Assembly (NCBI GenBank): GCA_964512315.1
Contig: CAZEIK010000001.1
Coordinates: forward strand, 84,408-148,407
Direction: 5' to 3'
DNA length: 64,000 bases
Source: an uncultured Candidatus Saccharibacteria bacterium
GTDB lineage: Bacteria; Patescibacteriota; Minisyncoccia; Phycocordibacterales; UBA5272
Shown here: positions 1 through 8,763 of the stretch, piece after piece
How positions within the stretch are numbered: the first letter of the stretch is position 1
How the letters are laid out: each line of letters starts with the position of its first letter
Position numbers and translations under genes: made by a program
Notes under the pieces: model-generated
Seen by the model: the letters and a program-made list of their open reading frames with translations, nothing else
Databases searched by the model: none
Told to the model about the DNA's origin: nothing

Positions 1-501
1 ACGCATGGTCATCACTCACACAATGAAGTCAAAACTTCGACCATGTTCCTGGGTCAGGCTGTGCACGCTGTGACTGATGGTGTGGCTATAACTTTGGCTT
101 ATATGACTAGTGATGTCGCAGGGTTAATAGTCTCCATCGCTATTGCTGTTCATCATGTGCCAATGATGTCAGGTATAGCCGAGAGATATAGGAAATATTT
201 CTCTTCTCAGAAGCTAACTCTTATCACAGGGCTTTCGAGTGCGTGTATGCTGGTGGGTATGATGTTGGTGATCAAGCTTTCTAGTTTCGTGGTGCCGTCG
301 ATTATGATGGCTATTGCTGCTGCTTCGTTTGTATTTGTTGCTTTGTCCGATTTTGTAATTCATCTTAATGAAGGTAAGCCCGGAGTAGCTAAGACTGTCA
401 TTATACTTGGCGCAATAATAGGATCTTTTTTGGCCTATAGTGCTGAGGAGTTCGTGCACAAGTTCGAGTACGACGAGACCAAAGAGGTTATAAATTTATA
501 A
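1..501 (+). CDS. ZIP-family divalent metal transporter (ZupT-like), 5'-partial; reading frame is open from window position 1
   Basis: Frame 1 is open from nt 1 (T-H-G-H-H-S-H-N-E...) and gives a His-rich loop. Multi-TM hydrophobic protein with an 'AVHHVPMMSGIAE' segment resembling the ZIP HNxPEG motif. Stop at 499-501. Confidence 0.5.
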   Translation, partial: THGHHSHNEVKTSTMFLGQAVHAVTDGVAITLAYMTSDVAGLIVSIAIAVHHVPMMSGIAERYRKYFSSQKLTLITGLSSACMLVGMMLVIKLSSFVVPSIMMAIAAASFVFVALSDFVIHLNEGKPGVAKTVIILGAIIGSFLAYSAEEFVHKFEYDETKEVINL

Positions 502-553
502 CTTATTTGCCCCCTTTAAAATATCACAAATCTGTGTTATCATTTACTAACTT

Positions 554-627
554 GCAGATGTAGCTCAACTGGTTAGAGCACCCGCCTGTCACGCGGGAGG
601 TTGCGGGTTCGAGTCCCGTCATCTGCG
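554..627 (+). tRNA. tRNA-Asp (anticodon GTC)
   Basis: 74-nt cloverleaf: acceptor GCAGATG/CATCTGC, D-arm GCTC..GAGC, anticodon stem CCCGC/GCGGG with loop CTGTCAC, T-arm GCGGG TTCGAGT CCCGT, discriminator G. CCA is not encoded. Confidence 0.9.
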
Positions 628-630
628 CAT

Positions 631-669
631 AAAACAAAAATCCAAGATTCTTTCTTGGATTTTTGTTTT
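631..669 (+). terminator. Rho-independent terminator-like hairpin directly after tRNA-Asp
   Basis: aaaacaaaaaTCCAAGAttctttCTTGGAtttttgtttt: perfect 7-bp stem followed by a T-tract. Confidence 0.6.
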
Positions 670-766
670 ACAGCAAAGTAATAGAGCATATGACCAAAGT
701 CATATGCGTCGGGACGAGAATACGGGGTCGCGAAACAATGAAGCGTAGCGGAATATGTTTTGTGAC

Positions 767-788
767 CGAGTCCCGTCATCTGCGCATA
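767..788 (+). repeat. 22-bp direct repeat of the tRNA-Asp 3' end (copy 1 at 610-631): att-site-like scar
   Basis: cgagtcccgtcatctgcgcata is identical at 610-631 and 767-788. The second copy lacks the rest of the tRNA. Confidence 0.8.
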
Positions 789-1025
789 TTTGTGTTAATC
801 TTAATTTAGGTCACGCTCTAGTACCTGGATGCTCCACGTGGTTGAAATGAAAGCGTGATCATAAAATAGGCAAACTAACCAGTGGGGAAAAGTTTAGTCC
901 TGCTTTTTAATAGGACGAAAAACCACCCCCCCCACGGCGGGTAGGCACCGCCTAAGAGTGCCGCCCGCCAGAAACACTCAAGTCTGAGACACTCTCGAGA
1001 TGTTTCAGACTTTTTATTTTTCATA

Positions 1026-1052
1026 TAAAAACGGCCCGTGTGGTACGGGCCG
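1026..1052 (-). terminator. Rho-independent terminator for the minus-strand gene 1070-1750
   Basis: Hairpin cggcccgtGTGGtacgggccg at 1032-1052. On the minus strand it is followed by a TTTTT tract (plus-strand aaaaa at 1026-1031). Confidence 0.5.
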
Positions 1053-1069
1053 GGTGCGGCAGATTCTGG

Positions 1070-1750
1070 TCAGCCGAAGTGTATGAGGTGACCTAGCCAC
1101 TCAACTTTTTTTGGTGCTAAGTGCTCAGTCTGCCCATAGCGGACAGAGATACTGCTCGCAACAAGAAATGTTTGCACGTGTTGCTTCATCTCGAGAACGT
1201 TCGTAGCGTCAACACCACTTGCTACAGCGATAGGATTTTGCTCGCTAACGAGATCTGCAATACGCTTCAACTTGTCGATGCTAGGCGTAGAACCAGTCTT
1301 GTCGCCAGAAGTAGTGATGGTGTTTGCGAAATCAATCGCAAGAGACACCTCTTTTGCAAGTTGATGATCGCTTGGATTTGGATTCAGATATTTGAACGCA
1401 ACACCAGCGAACACTTCGCACTCAAGGCTGGTGAGTTCCTGATATGCCAAACCGTTTAGCCAGATGGCATTAGCCTCGATGCAATTAAGTGCCCGCTCGA
1501 GTGCGTTAAAGTTTGCAGAGTTCGCCGGGATGTCGAGAAAGTTGACCCCGATCCAAGCAGTAGGGAATTGCCCCCGTACAGCATTGTGTGTGTTGCATAG
1601 GTCTTGGTGTCCGAGTTCGTGACCGATGAGCATTACACCGTCCGCGCCATTATCGAGCGCAACACGTGTATTGTCTATGGCGTGCTTGGCCCCACCGTTA
1701 TTCCAGTAACTTAGGCAGTGAATAACTGGGTAGAATCTGTGTCTGGACAT
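1070..1750 (-). CDS. TIM-barrel phosphate-binding protein (BtpA/SgcQ- or ThiE-like); also carries an HELGH motif; function uncertain
   Basis: 226 aa. C-terminal 'PIAVASGVDATNVLEMKQ..FLVASSIS' resembles the GSG phosphate-binding strand of ribulose-phosphate-binding barrels; 'GADGVMLIGHELGHQDL' is near the N-terminus. A strong SD (AAGGAGGA) sits 7 nt before the ATG, and a terminator follows the stop. Confidence 0.35.
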   Translation of the reverse strand: MSRHRFYPVIHCLSYWNNGGAKHAIDNTRVALDNGADGVMLIGHELGHQDLCNTHNAVRGQFPTAWIGVNFLDIPANSANFNALERALNCIEANAIWLNGLAYQELTSLECEVFAGVAFKYLNPNPSDHQLAKEVSLAIDFANTITTSGDKTGSTPSIDKLKRIADLVSEQNPIAVASGVDATNVLEMKQHVQTFLVASSISVRYGQTEHLAPKKVEWLGHLIHFG

Positions 1751-1803
1751 GATGTCCTCCTTTACAATGGTCCAGACTTCATCCTAGCAGCTGTTGTTGG
1801 TAA

Positions 1804-2187
1804 ATGTCAAAATTTGATACCGATGTTATAATCTTGATTATGGACCGGGTATTTATTGAGAATTATACATTGATTGCTAAGCATGGGTATTACAAAGAGG
1901 AGCATTATAAGCCTCAGAGATTTGTAGTGAGTGTATATGCGGATGTGGTCAAGAATAAAAGCGGGGACACTGACAAGCTTGCTGATACTTTTAACTATGA
2001 ATTCATAAGAAAAGTTATACAAGAAGTGGTGAATGGTAATCATCATGATTTACTTGAGAGCTTGGCCGAAGATATGGCTAAAAAAGTTCTGACTCACAAT
2101 ATTGTAGCGAGTGTAGAAGTCAAAATAACCAAGCCAGACATCTGGGGTGACTGCGCCCCTGGCGTGCAGATAGTTAGAACAAGATAG
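1804..2187 (+). CDS. folB: Dihydroneopterin aldolase (FolB)-like tunnel-fold protein
   Basis: 127 aa. 'LLESLAEDMAKKVL...VASVEVKITKPDIW' matches the FolB C-terminal signature (LiExlAexia...v.v.v.KP.a). Confidence 0.5.
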   Translation: MSKFDTDVIILIMDRVFIENYTLIAKHGYYKEEHYKPQRFVVSVYADVVKNKSGDTDKLADTFNYEFIRKVIQEVVNGNHHDLLESLAEDMAKKVLTHNIVASVEVKITKPDIWGDCAPGVQIVRTR

Positions 2188-2195
2188 ATTGTAAT

Positions 2196-2224
2196 TTGAC
2201 AAAATAGCATATATTTGTTATAAT
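2196..2224 (+). promoter_or_regulatory. Canonical sigma70 promoter TTGACA-N17-TATAAT upstream of the DEAD-box helicase (about 120-nt leader)
   Basis: TTGACA at 2196-2201, 17-nt spacer, TGT-TATAAT at 2219-2224. Confidence 0.5.
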
Positions 2225-2349
2225 AGATTTATTATTTGAAATATCTATATGAGTATCATTTGTAAGTTTTATTGTAATGATAGTCATGAAAGCCCGCGAT
2301 TTTAAAACTATAGAGGCTGGCACAATTAAACCCAAATAATACAAAATAC

Positions 2350-3636
2350 GTGAATACATATACAACAAAGAGATCTTTTTCTCCGCGCTCTAGCTCGGAC
2401 AGAAAAGATGGTGGAAGAAGAGAAGGACAAAGTAGAGGTGGTTATAGCTCGAGACCCAGATCCGGAGGATCTAGGTTTGGTGGAGCTAGATCATCTGCAC
2501 CACGTCCATTTAATGCAAAAAGGTCATTTAAAAAAGACTATATAGATGAGAAGCTTTTTATTAACAAAGCTACCTCAGCAAAAGAAGTAGAGAGTTATGT
2601 TCCAAAGCACACTTTCTTGGATTTTGGTGTGCATGAGCATTTGGCTAAGAATCTTATAGAAAAAGGTTTCGACAAGCCATCACCAATACAAGATCAGTCC
2701 ATTCCTGTTGCGTTAACAGGGCGTGATGTTATTGGTATTGCTAGTACCGGTACTGGTAAGACTGCAGCTTTTCTTATCCCAATTATTAACAAGCTGGTTG
2801 CAGACAGGAATCACAAAGCAATGGTGCTCGCTCCTACTCGTGAGTTAGCTCAACAGATAGAAGATGAGTTCAGGGCTTTTTCAAAAGGTATGAGATTGTG
2901 GTCAGTGACATGTGTTGGTGGATCACCAATATATCGCCAGATCAGTGAACTATCTCGCGGCGTTCATCTTGTTATAGGTACTCCTGGTCGTGTGAAAGAC
3001 TTGATCGCTAGAAACAAGATTAGAATGAATGACTACAATACTATTGTTCTAGACGAAGCAGATCGCATGTTAGACATGGGATTCGTTGGGGACATGCGTG
3101 AGATATTGGGGGCTATGCCAATAGAAAAGCAAGCGCTATTCTTCTCGGCGACATTGTCAGCAGAGGTACGTAGACTCTGTGGCGACTTCTTGCGTGATCC
3201 GGTGAGTGTGACTGTGAAGGCTCGTGATACATCAAGCAGTGTTGAGCAGACAGTTGTGAAGGCTCGTGAACGTGATGAAAAGATAAACGTTCTACATGAT
3301 ATTTTGACAAAACCTGAAGCTAATAAGGTTATAATTTTCCGTGAGACAAAACGTAGTGTAGATGAGCTGGCTCGTGAATTGCGTGCTCGTGGATTCGTAG
3401 CTGTAGCGCTGCATGGTGATATGCGTAATCGTGAACGCGAACGCGCAGTTGAGGCTCTCTCTACAGGGCGTGCACACATATTGATTGCAACTGACGTTGC
3501 TGCGCGTGGTATAGATATACCAGACATTAGCCATGTGATTAACTTTGACCTTCCGAACAATTACGAGACATATATACATCGTATTGGTCGTACTGGTCGT
3601 GGTAACAAGACTGGTAACTCAATAACTTTTGTGTAA
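2350..3636 (+). CDS. DEAD-box ATP-dependent RNA helicase with an N-terminal Arg/Gly/Ser-rich tail (GTG start)
   Basis: Q-motif 'F..FGV..GFDKPSPIQ', Walker A 'ASTGTGKT', 'PTRELAQQ', 'DEAD', 'SAT' and 'HRIGRTGR'. There is no in-frame ATG upstream of the Q motif, so GTG at 2350 is the only plausible start. Confidence 0.85.
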   Translation: MNTYTTKRSFSPRSSSDRKDGGRREGQSRGGYSSRPRSGGSRFGGARSSAPRPFNAKRSFKKDYIDEKLFINKATSAKEVESYVPKHTFLDFGVHEHLAKNLIEKGFDKPSPIQDQSIPVALTGRDVIGIASTGTGKTAAFLIPIINKLVADRNHKAMVLAPTRELAQQIEDEFRAFSKGMRLWSVTCVGGSPIYRQISELSRGVHLVIGTPGRVKDLIARNKIRMNDYNTIVLDEADRMLDMGFVGDMREILGAMPIEKQALFFSATLSAEVRRLCGDFLRDPVSVTVKARDTSSSVEQTVVKARERDEKINVLHDILTKPEANKVIIFRETKRSVDELARELRARGFVAVALHGDMRNRERERAVEALSTGRAHILIATDVAARGIDIPDISHVINFDLPNNYETYIHRIGRTGRGNKTGNSITFV

Positions 3637-3646
3637 GAGTTTGTAG

Positions 3647-3676
3647 AAAAGGCGGCCGCGTAGCGGCCGCCTTTTC
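3647..3676 (+). terminator. Rho-independent terminator
   Basis: aaaaGGCGGCCGCgtagCGGCCGCCtttt: perfect GC-rich stem plus T-tract. Confidence 0.7.
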
Positions 3677-3698
3677 ATGTTATAATCTCAAAATATTC

Positions 3699-5735
3699 AT
3701 GGCTTATTCTAAAAATAAATTTGAAATAAAAGGATTTACTCCAGCTGGTGATCAACCAAAAGCTATAGAGGGCCTGGTCTCTGGTTTGAAAAAAGGTATG
3801 CGTAAGCAGACCTTGCTCGGTGCAACTGGAACTGGTAAGACATTTACTATTGCAAATGTTATCGATCAAATACAAAAGCCTACACTAGTGATAGCACACA
3901 ACAAGACACTCGCAGCACAACTAGCGCAGGAGCTAAGAGACTTTTTCCCTGATGCAGCGGTGCATTATTTCGTATCTTATTATGATTATTATCAGCCAGA
4001 GGCATACATAGCAGCGACGGACACATATATAGAAAAAGATGCACAGATCAACGAAGAGATAGAGCGTCTCCGTCATGCGTCCACTCAGGCACTATTAACC
4101 AGAAGTGACACAATAATAGTTGCGTCTGTGTCTTGTATTTATGGTTTGGGTTCGCCGGTTGAATATGAGAAAGTGAACAAGAGAATATATGTAGGCATGA
4201 GCGCGAGCAAGGTTGACCTCATGAGCGCTTTTATATCTATTTATTATGAACGCACTAATGCTGACCTCTCGCCTGGAACATTCCGCGCTATTGGTAATCG
4301 TATAGACATAATGCCAATCAGTGAGACGCATATGGTCCAGATTGAAATCTTTGCTGGCAAGGTATCACGTATAGCAATCACTGATCCGGTATCGATGAAA
4401 GAGTTGAGTGTGGTGGAGGATTATTTTATTTTCCCGGCCAAGCATTATGTGAGTGACGCCGAGTCTCGTACTCGCGCTATTAAGTTGATCGAGGATGAGC
4501 TCAAGTCTAGACTAAAAGAGTTCGACAAAGAGGGTAAAATATTAGAAGCTGAAAGGTTAAAAAGACGTACCACTTATGACCTCGCCATGATACGTGAGAT
4601 AGGATTCTGCCAGGGTATTGAGAACTATTCGCGTCACTTTGCAGGCAAGGCCGCTGGTGAGCCAGCTGAGACATTGTTATCATATTTTCCTCATGATAAA
4701 AATGGTAACCCAGAATTCTTAACTGTAATAGACGAGTCACATGTGACACTACCACAATTGCGCGCTATGTATGCAGGGGATCAGTCACGTAAGCAGAATC
4801 TGGTTGATTTTGGATTCCGCTTGCCTAGTGCAAAGGATAACAGGCCTCTACAATACAAAGAGTTCGAGGAGAGAGTGGGGCAGACTATATATGTGTCAGC
4901 TACTCCAGCAGAGTACGAGCGAACTGAGAGTGAGCAGATAGTGCAGCAGATAATACGCCCAACGGGTCTCGTTGACCCAGAGCTTTTGGTGCGCCCAGTT
5001 CGCGAAGGTGGGTCTTATAAAGGTCAGGTACATGACTTTATCGATGAGTCAGTCAAAGAGATTAAGAAGGGTGGCAGAGTGCTAGCTACAACACTTACCA
5101 AGAAAATGGCTGAGAACTTGGCTGAGTATTTGCGTGAGCAAGGCCTCAAGGCAGAATATCTACACAGCGATGTGAAGACTATTGAACGTATCGAGATATT
5201 AACCAGGTTACGCAAAGGGGAGTTCGACTGCTTAGTTGGAGTGAATCTTCTTCGTGAAGGATTAGATCTTCCTGAAGTGTCATTGATTGGAATATTGGAT
5301 GCAGACAAAGAAGGATTCCTAAGAAGTGAGACATCGCTGATACAGACAATTGGTCGTGCTGCTCGTAATGAGAATGGTAGGGTAATATTATACGCTGACA
5401 ATATGACCGGCTCACTCGATAGAGCAATAGCCGAGACCAATCGCCGCCGCAAGATACAGACTGACTATAACAAAGAGCATGGCATCACTCCTAAGACAAT
5501 TAAAAAGAATATTGCTGACATTACAGACCGACTTAAAAAGGATCATGATAAGGCTGTTGCTGGGGAGCTATCTATAGATGAGAAGCTGTTCAAAAAGAAC
5601 CCGAACAAATTGATCAAATTAAAAGAGGATCAGATGAAAGAGGCTGTAAAAGTGCTGGACTTCGAGACTGCGGCTATACTTCGCGACGAGATCAAGCTTC
5701 TAAAAGAAAGATATTCCAAAGAAAAAGATAATTAG
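3699..5735 (+). CDS. uvrB: Excinuclease ABC subunit B
   Basis: 678 aa. N-terminus 'FEIKGFTPAGDQPKAIEGLVSGL...LLGATGTGKTFTIANVI', helicase motifs and a C-terminal UVR domain ('DFETAAILRDEIKLLKE'). Confidence 0.95.
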   Translation: MAYSKNKFEIKGFTPAGDQPKAIEGLVSGLKKGMRKQTLLGATGTGKTFTIANVIDQIQKPTLVIAHNKTLAAQLAQELRDFFPDAAVHYFVSYYDYYQPEAYIAATDTYIEKDAQINEEIERLRHASTQALLTRSDTIIVASVSCIYGLGSPVEYEKVNKRIYVGMSASKVDLMSAFISIYYERTNADLSPGTFRAIGNRIDIMPISETHMVQIEIFAGKVSRIAITDPVSMKELSVVEDYFIFPAKHYVSDAESRTRAIKLIEDELKSRLKEFDKEGKILEAERLKRRTTYDLAMIREIGFCQGIENYSRHFAGKAAGEPAETLLSYFPHDKNGNPEFLTVIDESHVTLPQLRAMYAGDQSRKQNLVDFGFRLPSAKDNRPLQYKEFEERVGQTIYVSATPAEYERTESEQIVQQIIRPTGLVDPELLVRPVREGGSYKGQVHDFIDESVKEIKKGGRVLATTLTKKMAENLAEYLREQGLKAEYLHSDVKTIERIEILTRLRKGEFDCLVGVNLLREGLDLPEVSLIGILDADKEGFLRSETSLIQTIGRAARNENGRVILYADNMTGSLDRAIAETNRRRKIQTDYNKEHGITPKTIKKNIADITDRLKKDHDKAVAGELSIDEKLFKKNPNKLIKLKEDQMKEAVKVLDFETAAILRDEIKLLKERYSKEKDN

Positions 5736-5778
5736 TGAAATATTTTCTACTTTGTGTTGTAATAAGAAGGTGAGCGAT

Positions 5779-6342
5779 ATGACTGATCAAGAATTGGTGA
5801 ATCTAATCAGGCAAGGGCGTAAAGATCTTTTTTCTGAGATCGTTCTTAGATATGAAGAAAAAATCTCTAGATATATCAAAAAGTTCATCTGGGACAGGGA
5901 CGACCTCGACGACGTAGTTCAAAATGTATTTGCCAAAAGCTATATATATCTTAATACTTATGATGACTCTCTTAGTTTTAATTCTTGGATTTATCGTATC
6001 GCGCACAATGAGTCAATTAACTTTCTTAAGAAGAATAAGCCAAAAGATATTAGCTTTATAGATATAGACACTTTTATCCCGTATCTTTTGGCCAAAGAGA
6101 ATGCAGAAGACAAGACGCTTTTGCGCGAGAACAAGGAGTTAATTGATTTGCATTTATCAGAATTAGAGTCCAAGTATAGGGAGGTGATTATTCTATTCTT
6201 CTATGAAGACTTGGACTATGAAGAAATATCTCAAATATTAAAAATACCAAAGTCCACAGTAGGCGTGAGGCTCAGTCGCGCTAAACAGCGCCTGAAAAGC
6301 ATATTAGAAAAAAGTAAAAATTATGAATCAAATCTTGCATAA
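5779..6342 (+). CDS. ECF-type RNA polymerase sigma factor (sigma-70 family)
   Basis: About 188 aa from the ATG at 5779. SD AAGAAGGTGA lies 6 nt upstream. Region 2 is 'FSEIVLRYEEKISRYIKKF...VQNVFAK' and region 4 is 'EEISQILKIPKSTVGVRLSRAKQRLK'. Confidence 0.8.
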   Translation: MTDQELVNLIRQGRKDLFSEIVLRYEEKISRYIKKFIWDRDDLDDVVQNVFAKSYIYLNTYDDSLSFNSWIYRIAHNESINFLKKNKPKDISFIDIDTFIPYLLAKENAEDKTLLRENKELIDLHLSELESKYREVIILFFYEDLDYEEISQILKIPKSTVGVRLSRAKQRLKSILEKSKNYESNLA

Positions 6343-6847
6343 TGTAGAAAAATTAGTACAAGAGAATAAGATAAAAATGATACCTCGTTCTCATTTTATT
6401 TTGCGCACAGGCGCCATGGCGGTGTTTATTTTTATGTTGATGCTTTGTGTTATCTATGCGCTTAGCTTGCTAGTATTCTTGGCAAGACGTAATGGCCCAC
6501 CAAGCTTTGGTATGAGGGATTTGTTTTTTAATTTAGATACATTACCAATACTAATAATAGTCTTCTCACTGGTTGGCATGGTGTTGGTTGAAGTGTTGAG
6601 TCGCAGATTTACTTTTGCATACAGGTGGCCTAGCCTTGTTGTGTTCTTGTCTATAATTTTGACTGTGTCGTGTTTGTCTTATTTTGTAGATAAGTTAATG
6701 TTCCACGATAGAATGCATGACATGTTGATGAGGAATAGATTCGATACTGTTGATGTTGTATACAAGAAGCCTTTTATGCGAGGCATGGCTGCGCCAACTA
6801 CAACTTTTATTCATATCGAAAGACAAGTTGAAATATTCCCAAGATAG
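6323..6847 (+). CDS. Membrane protein overlapping the sigma-factor stop; putative anti-sigma factor (by position only)
   Basis: 174 aa with several TM helices. The start overlaps the sigma-factor 3' end by 20 nt, implying translational coupling. No recognisable domain. Confidence 0.4.
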   Translation: MNQILHNVEKLVQENKIKMIPRSHFILRTGAMAVFIFMLMLCVIYALSLLVFLARRNGPPSFGMRDLFFNLDTLPILIIVFSLVGMVLVEVLSRRFTFAYRWPSLVVFLSIILTVSCLSYFVDKLMFHDRMHDMLMRNRFDTVDVVYKKPFMRGMAAPTTTFIHIERQVEIFPR

Positions 6848-6911
6848 CTTTGTAATAAAGTTTAGAGAGGACGCTCTCAAAAAGAAACTCAATAATTCAA
6901 CAAACTAAAAT

Positions 6912-7334
6912 ATGAAAAGCACAAGAAAAATATTATTAACTTTCGCGTCACTTTCAGTAGGTGGTGCAATGATAGCTTCGGCACATATGGAGGACATGAA
7001 CATGACAGCAAGCAACTTGTCAGCTAGGTTCACACAGGAGGCAAGTATATTAGGAGTGTCAGTTGATGACGTCAAGAACGCTTGGGCCGAAGGCAAAACT
7101 TTACAAGACTTAGCAAAAGAAAAAGGTATATCAGAGACAGATCTTCAGGCTAAGTTAGACGCTGCACGTCAAGCAGAGATGAAAACTAAAATGCAGGAGC
7201 TGGTTAGTGCTGGCACAATTACCCAAACCCAAGCTGACAAGAGACTCGCTACTATGCAGACCAAATTCAAAGACGGTAAAGGCAAAAGAATGGGTCATCA
7301 CAGAGAAAATAAGACTAACGTAACAGTTCAATAA
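6912..7334 (+). CDS. Small secreted alpha-helical protein (signal peptide), hypothetical
   Basis: 140 aa. N-terminal signal peptide 'MKSTRKILLTFASLSVGGAMIASA', then a charged helical region. Confidence 0.5.
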   Translation: MKSTRKILLTFASLSVGGAMIASAHMEDMNMTASNLSARFTQEASILGVSVDDVKNAWAEGKTLQDLAKEKGISETDLQAKLDAARQAEMKTKMQELVSAGTITQTQADKRLATMQTKFKDGKGKRMGHHRENKTNVTVQ

Positions 7335-7436
7335 CAAAACAATAGAGGATTAGTGTCAAACTGTTAGACATCGAACATTATTGCTATACTCTATCTTGTA
7401 GGTCAGCCATAGTATAAAAACTGATCTCAAGAAAAC

Positions 7437-8000
7437 ATGAAAACCAATTGGAAGATGTATGTAAGTCTAGCCCTGTACGTTGTATTGGGGTTAGCAGCTG
7501 GATACTTGGTTGCCAAAGGAGTTCGCGCATTTATGAACAGCAGGCTTGCTGATGATGTAAATGTTGTGAGCGAGGAGAAGATGGCAACAAAGACATTTAG
7601 CGGTGATGTTTCTGCTAACTTCGAAGGAACAACTACTGCAAAAGTAACTTTTGATTACAATGCAGCCTATTCTGTAGAGCAAGGCACAGGAAACAAGTCG
7701 AGATATTTTGTAGTTAAAAATGCGAGCAACACTCTAGCGACTATCTATGTAAGTTACGAAGGTGGTAGAGGATACTCTGCTGCTGACTACTTAGCAGAGG
7801 TAATAACTAAAGCGGTGCCTACTGTATCAGCTCCAACAACAGCTGTATACGGGGAAGCTAGCTGGATGACTGCAGGAACTGCAATGACAGAGTGGCATAT
7901 CGCTCCAGAGAAAAATGGAGAGTGGCTACTAGTTGTTGAGTCTAAAAAGGCTAACAACAAAGAGGTGGGAGAAATCTTGAAGACATTAACTATAAAATAA
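7437..8000 (+). CDS. Signal-anchored extracytoplasmic protein, hypothetical
   Basis: 187 aa. N-terminal TM 'MYVSLALYVVLGLAAGYLVA', then a Thr/Ala/Ser-rich beta-like domain. Confidence 0.5.
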   Translation: MKTNWKMYVSLALYVVLGLAAGYLVAKGVRAFMNSRLADDVNVVSEEKMATKTFSGDVSANFEGTTTAKVTFDYNAAYSVEQGTGNKSRYFVVKNASNTLATIYVSYEGGRGYSAADYLAEVITKAVPTVSAPTTAVYGEASWMTAGTAMTEWHIAPEKNGEWLLVVESKKANNKEVGEILKTLTIK

Positions 8001-8033
8001 TCATACTGTTTAATTTATAATCTTCGGAACCCT

Positions 8034-8076
8034 ATACAACAAAAGCTTGGTTGACCAAACCAAGCTTTTGTTGTAT
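8034..8076 (+). terminator. Terminator-like long hairpin
   Basis: atacaacaaaagcttggtt-gacc-aaaccaagcttttgttgtat: about 19-bp stem. Confidence 0.5.
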
Positions 8077-8111
8077 ATTATAGTCTGAACTTGTTGCTCA
8101 AGGAGGGCGTT

Positions 8112-8285
8112 GTGAAAAAGTTAGTTCTTATCTTTTTTCTAATCGGGGCCATCTGGTACCTGATTGCGCATTCGTCACCAATACAAGGTGCCTGGCATTT
8201 TGCCAGCTGCCTGGTGTTGGCTTTGTTCGTTACGGTCGGCGTGCCGGCCGCATTCTGGTTTTACCTCACAGGGAGGCGCACATGA
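8112..8285 (+). CDS. Small membrane protein (about 57 aa) in a GC-rich island
   Basis: GTG at 8112 is preceded by SD AGGAGGG (8101-8107); two hydrophobic helices. The ORF track extends to TTG 8091. The stop TGA overlaps the next ATG (ATGA). Confidence 0.4.
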   Translation: MKKLVLIFFLIGAIWYLIAHSSPIQGAWHFASCLVLALFVTVGVPAAFWFYLTGRRT

Positions 8286-8572
8286 ATATTCTTCTGACAG
8301 TGTTTGCGCTCGAAGTTCTGGCTATGCTTGTCGTAGCTGGACTGTACAGCGGCAATCGTATCTCTAGAACCGTGAAGGCAAACCTTTTCTTGGTTCTGTC
8401 GATCGTCATGTTCGCGACCGTTGGTGTTCTGGTCTGGGGTCTCATGATGCCAGGCAGCTCCAAGTGGTTAGCGCTGCCGTCAGCGTTGGCTGGTGGGTTC
8501 TTGGTAACCTGGCTTGTCTTGTGGGTCATCAAGCAAATCTTCTTTCGCAACATACCGAGGCAAATTAACTGA
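8282..8572 (+). CDS. Small membrane protein (96 aa, 3 TM) in a GC-rich island
   Basis: ATG overlaps the upstream stop (ATGA at 8282-8285), implying translational coupling. Hydrophobic throughout. Confidence 0.45.
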   Translation: MNILLTVFALEVLAMLVVAGLYSGNRISRTVKANLFLVLSIVMFATVGVLVWGLMMPGSSKWLALPSALAGGFLVTWLVLWVIKQIFFRNIPRQIN

Positions 8573-8583
8573 AAGGCGGGTCT

Positions 8584-8763
8584 ATGCTGTTTGAGATCTA
8601 TGGTTACATCGATCGAGTACTGAACTCGATCGCCGGGCTTCTGCCTAACGAATACCACGGGTTAGCGCTTGCTGTACTCTATACTGTATTTTGGGTGCTG
8701 CTAATGCTAATTCTTTTGGTTGTTGCAATAGGTCCACTTATTAGCACAACCAAGTACAAGTAG
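8584..8763 (+). CDS. Small membrane protein (59 aa), not in the ORF track
   Basis: ATG 8584 preceded by AAAGGCGGG. Translates to MLFEIYGYIDRVLNSIAGLLPNEYHGLALAVLYTVFWVLLMLILLVVAIGPLISTTKYK. Confidence 0.35.
   Translation: MLFEIYGYIDRVLNSIAGLLPNEYHGLALAVLYTVFWVLLMLILLVVAIGPLISTTKYK

Noticed and set aside
1121-1459. Plus-strand 112-aa ORF
   Set aside because: Lies entirely antisense within the better-supported minus-strand gene 1070-1750 (strong SD and terminator). The protein is low-complexity and Arg/Leu-rich.
3033-3579. Three minus-strand ORFs (175, 65 and 95 aa) inside the DEAD-box helicase gene
   Set aside because: Antisense to a gene with unambiguous helicase motifs; Ser/Arg-rich translations typical of antisense frames.
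8164-8658. Alternative ORFs 8164-8367 (+) and 8266-8658 (-) in the GC-rich island
   Set aside because: Overlap the three coupled small membrane ORFs, which have SDs and overlapping start/stop codons. High-GC DNA generates spurious long ORFs in all frames.
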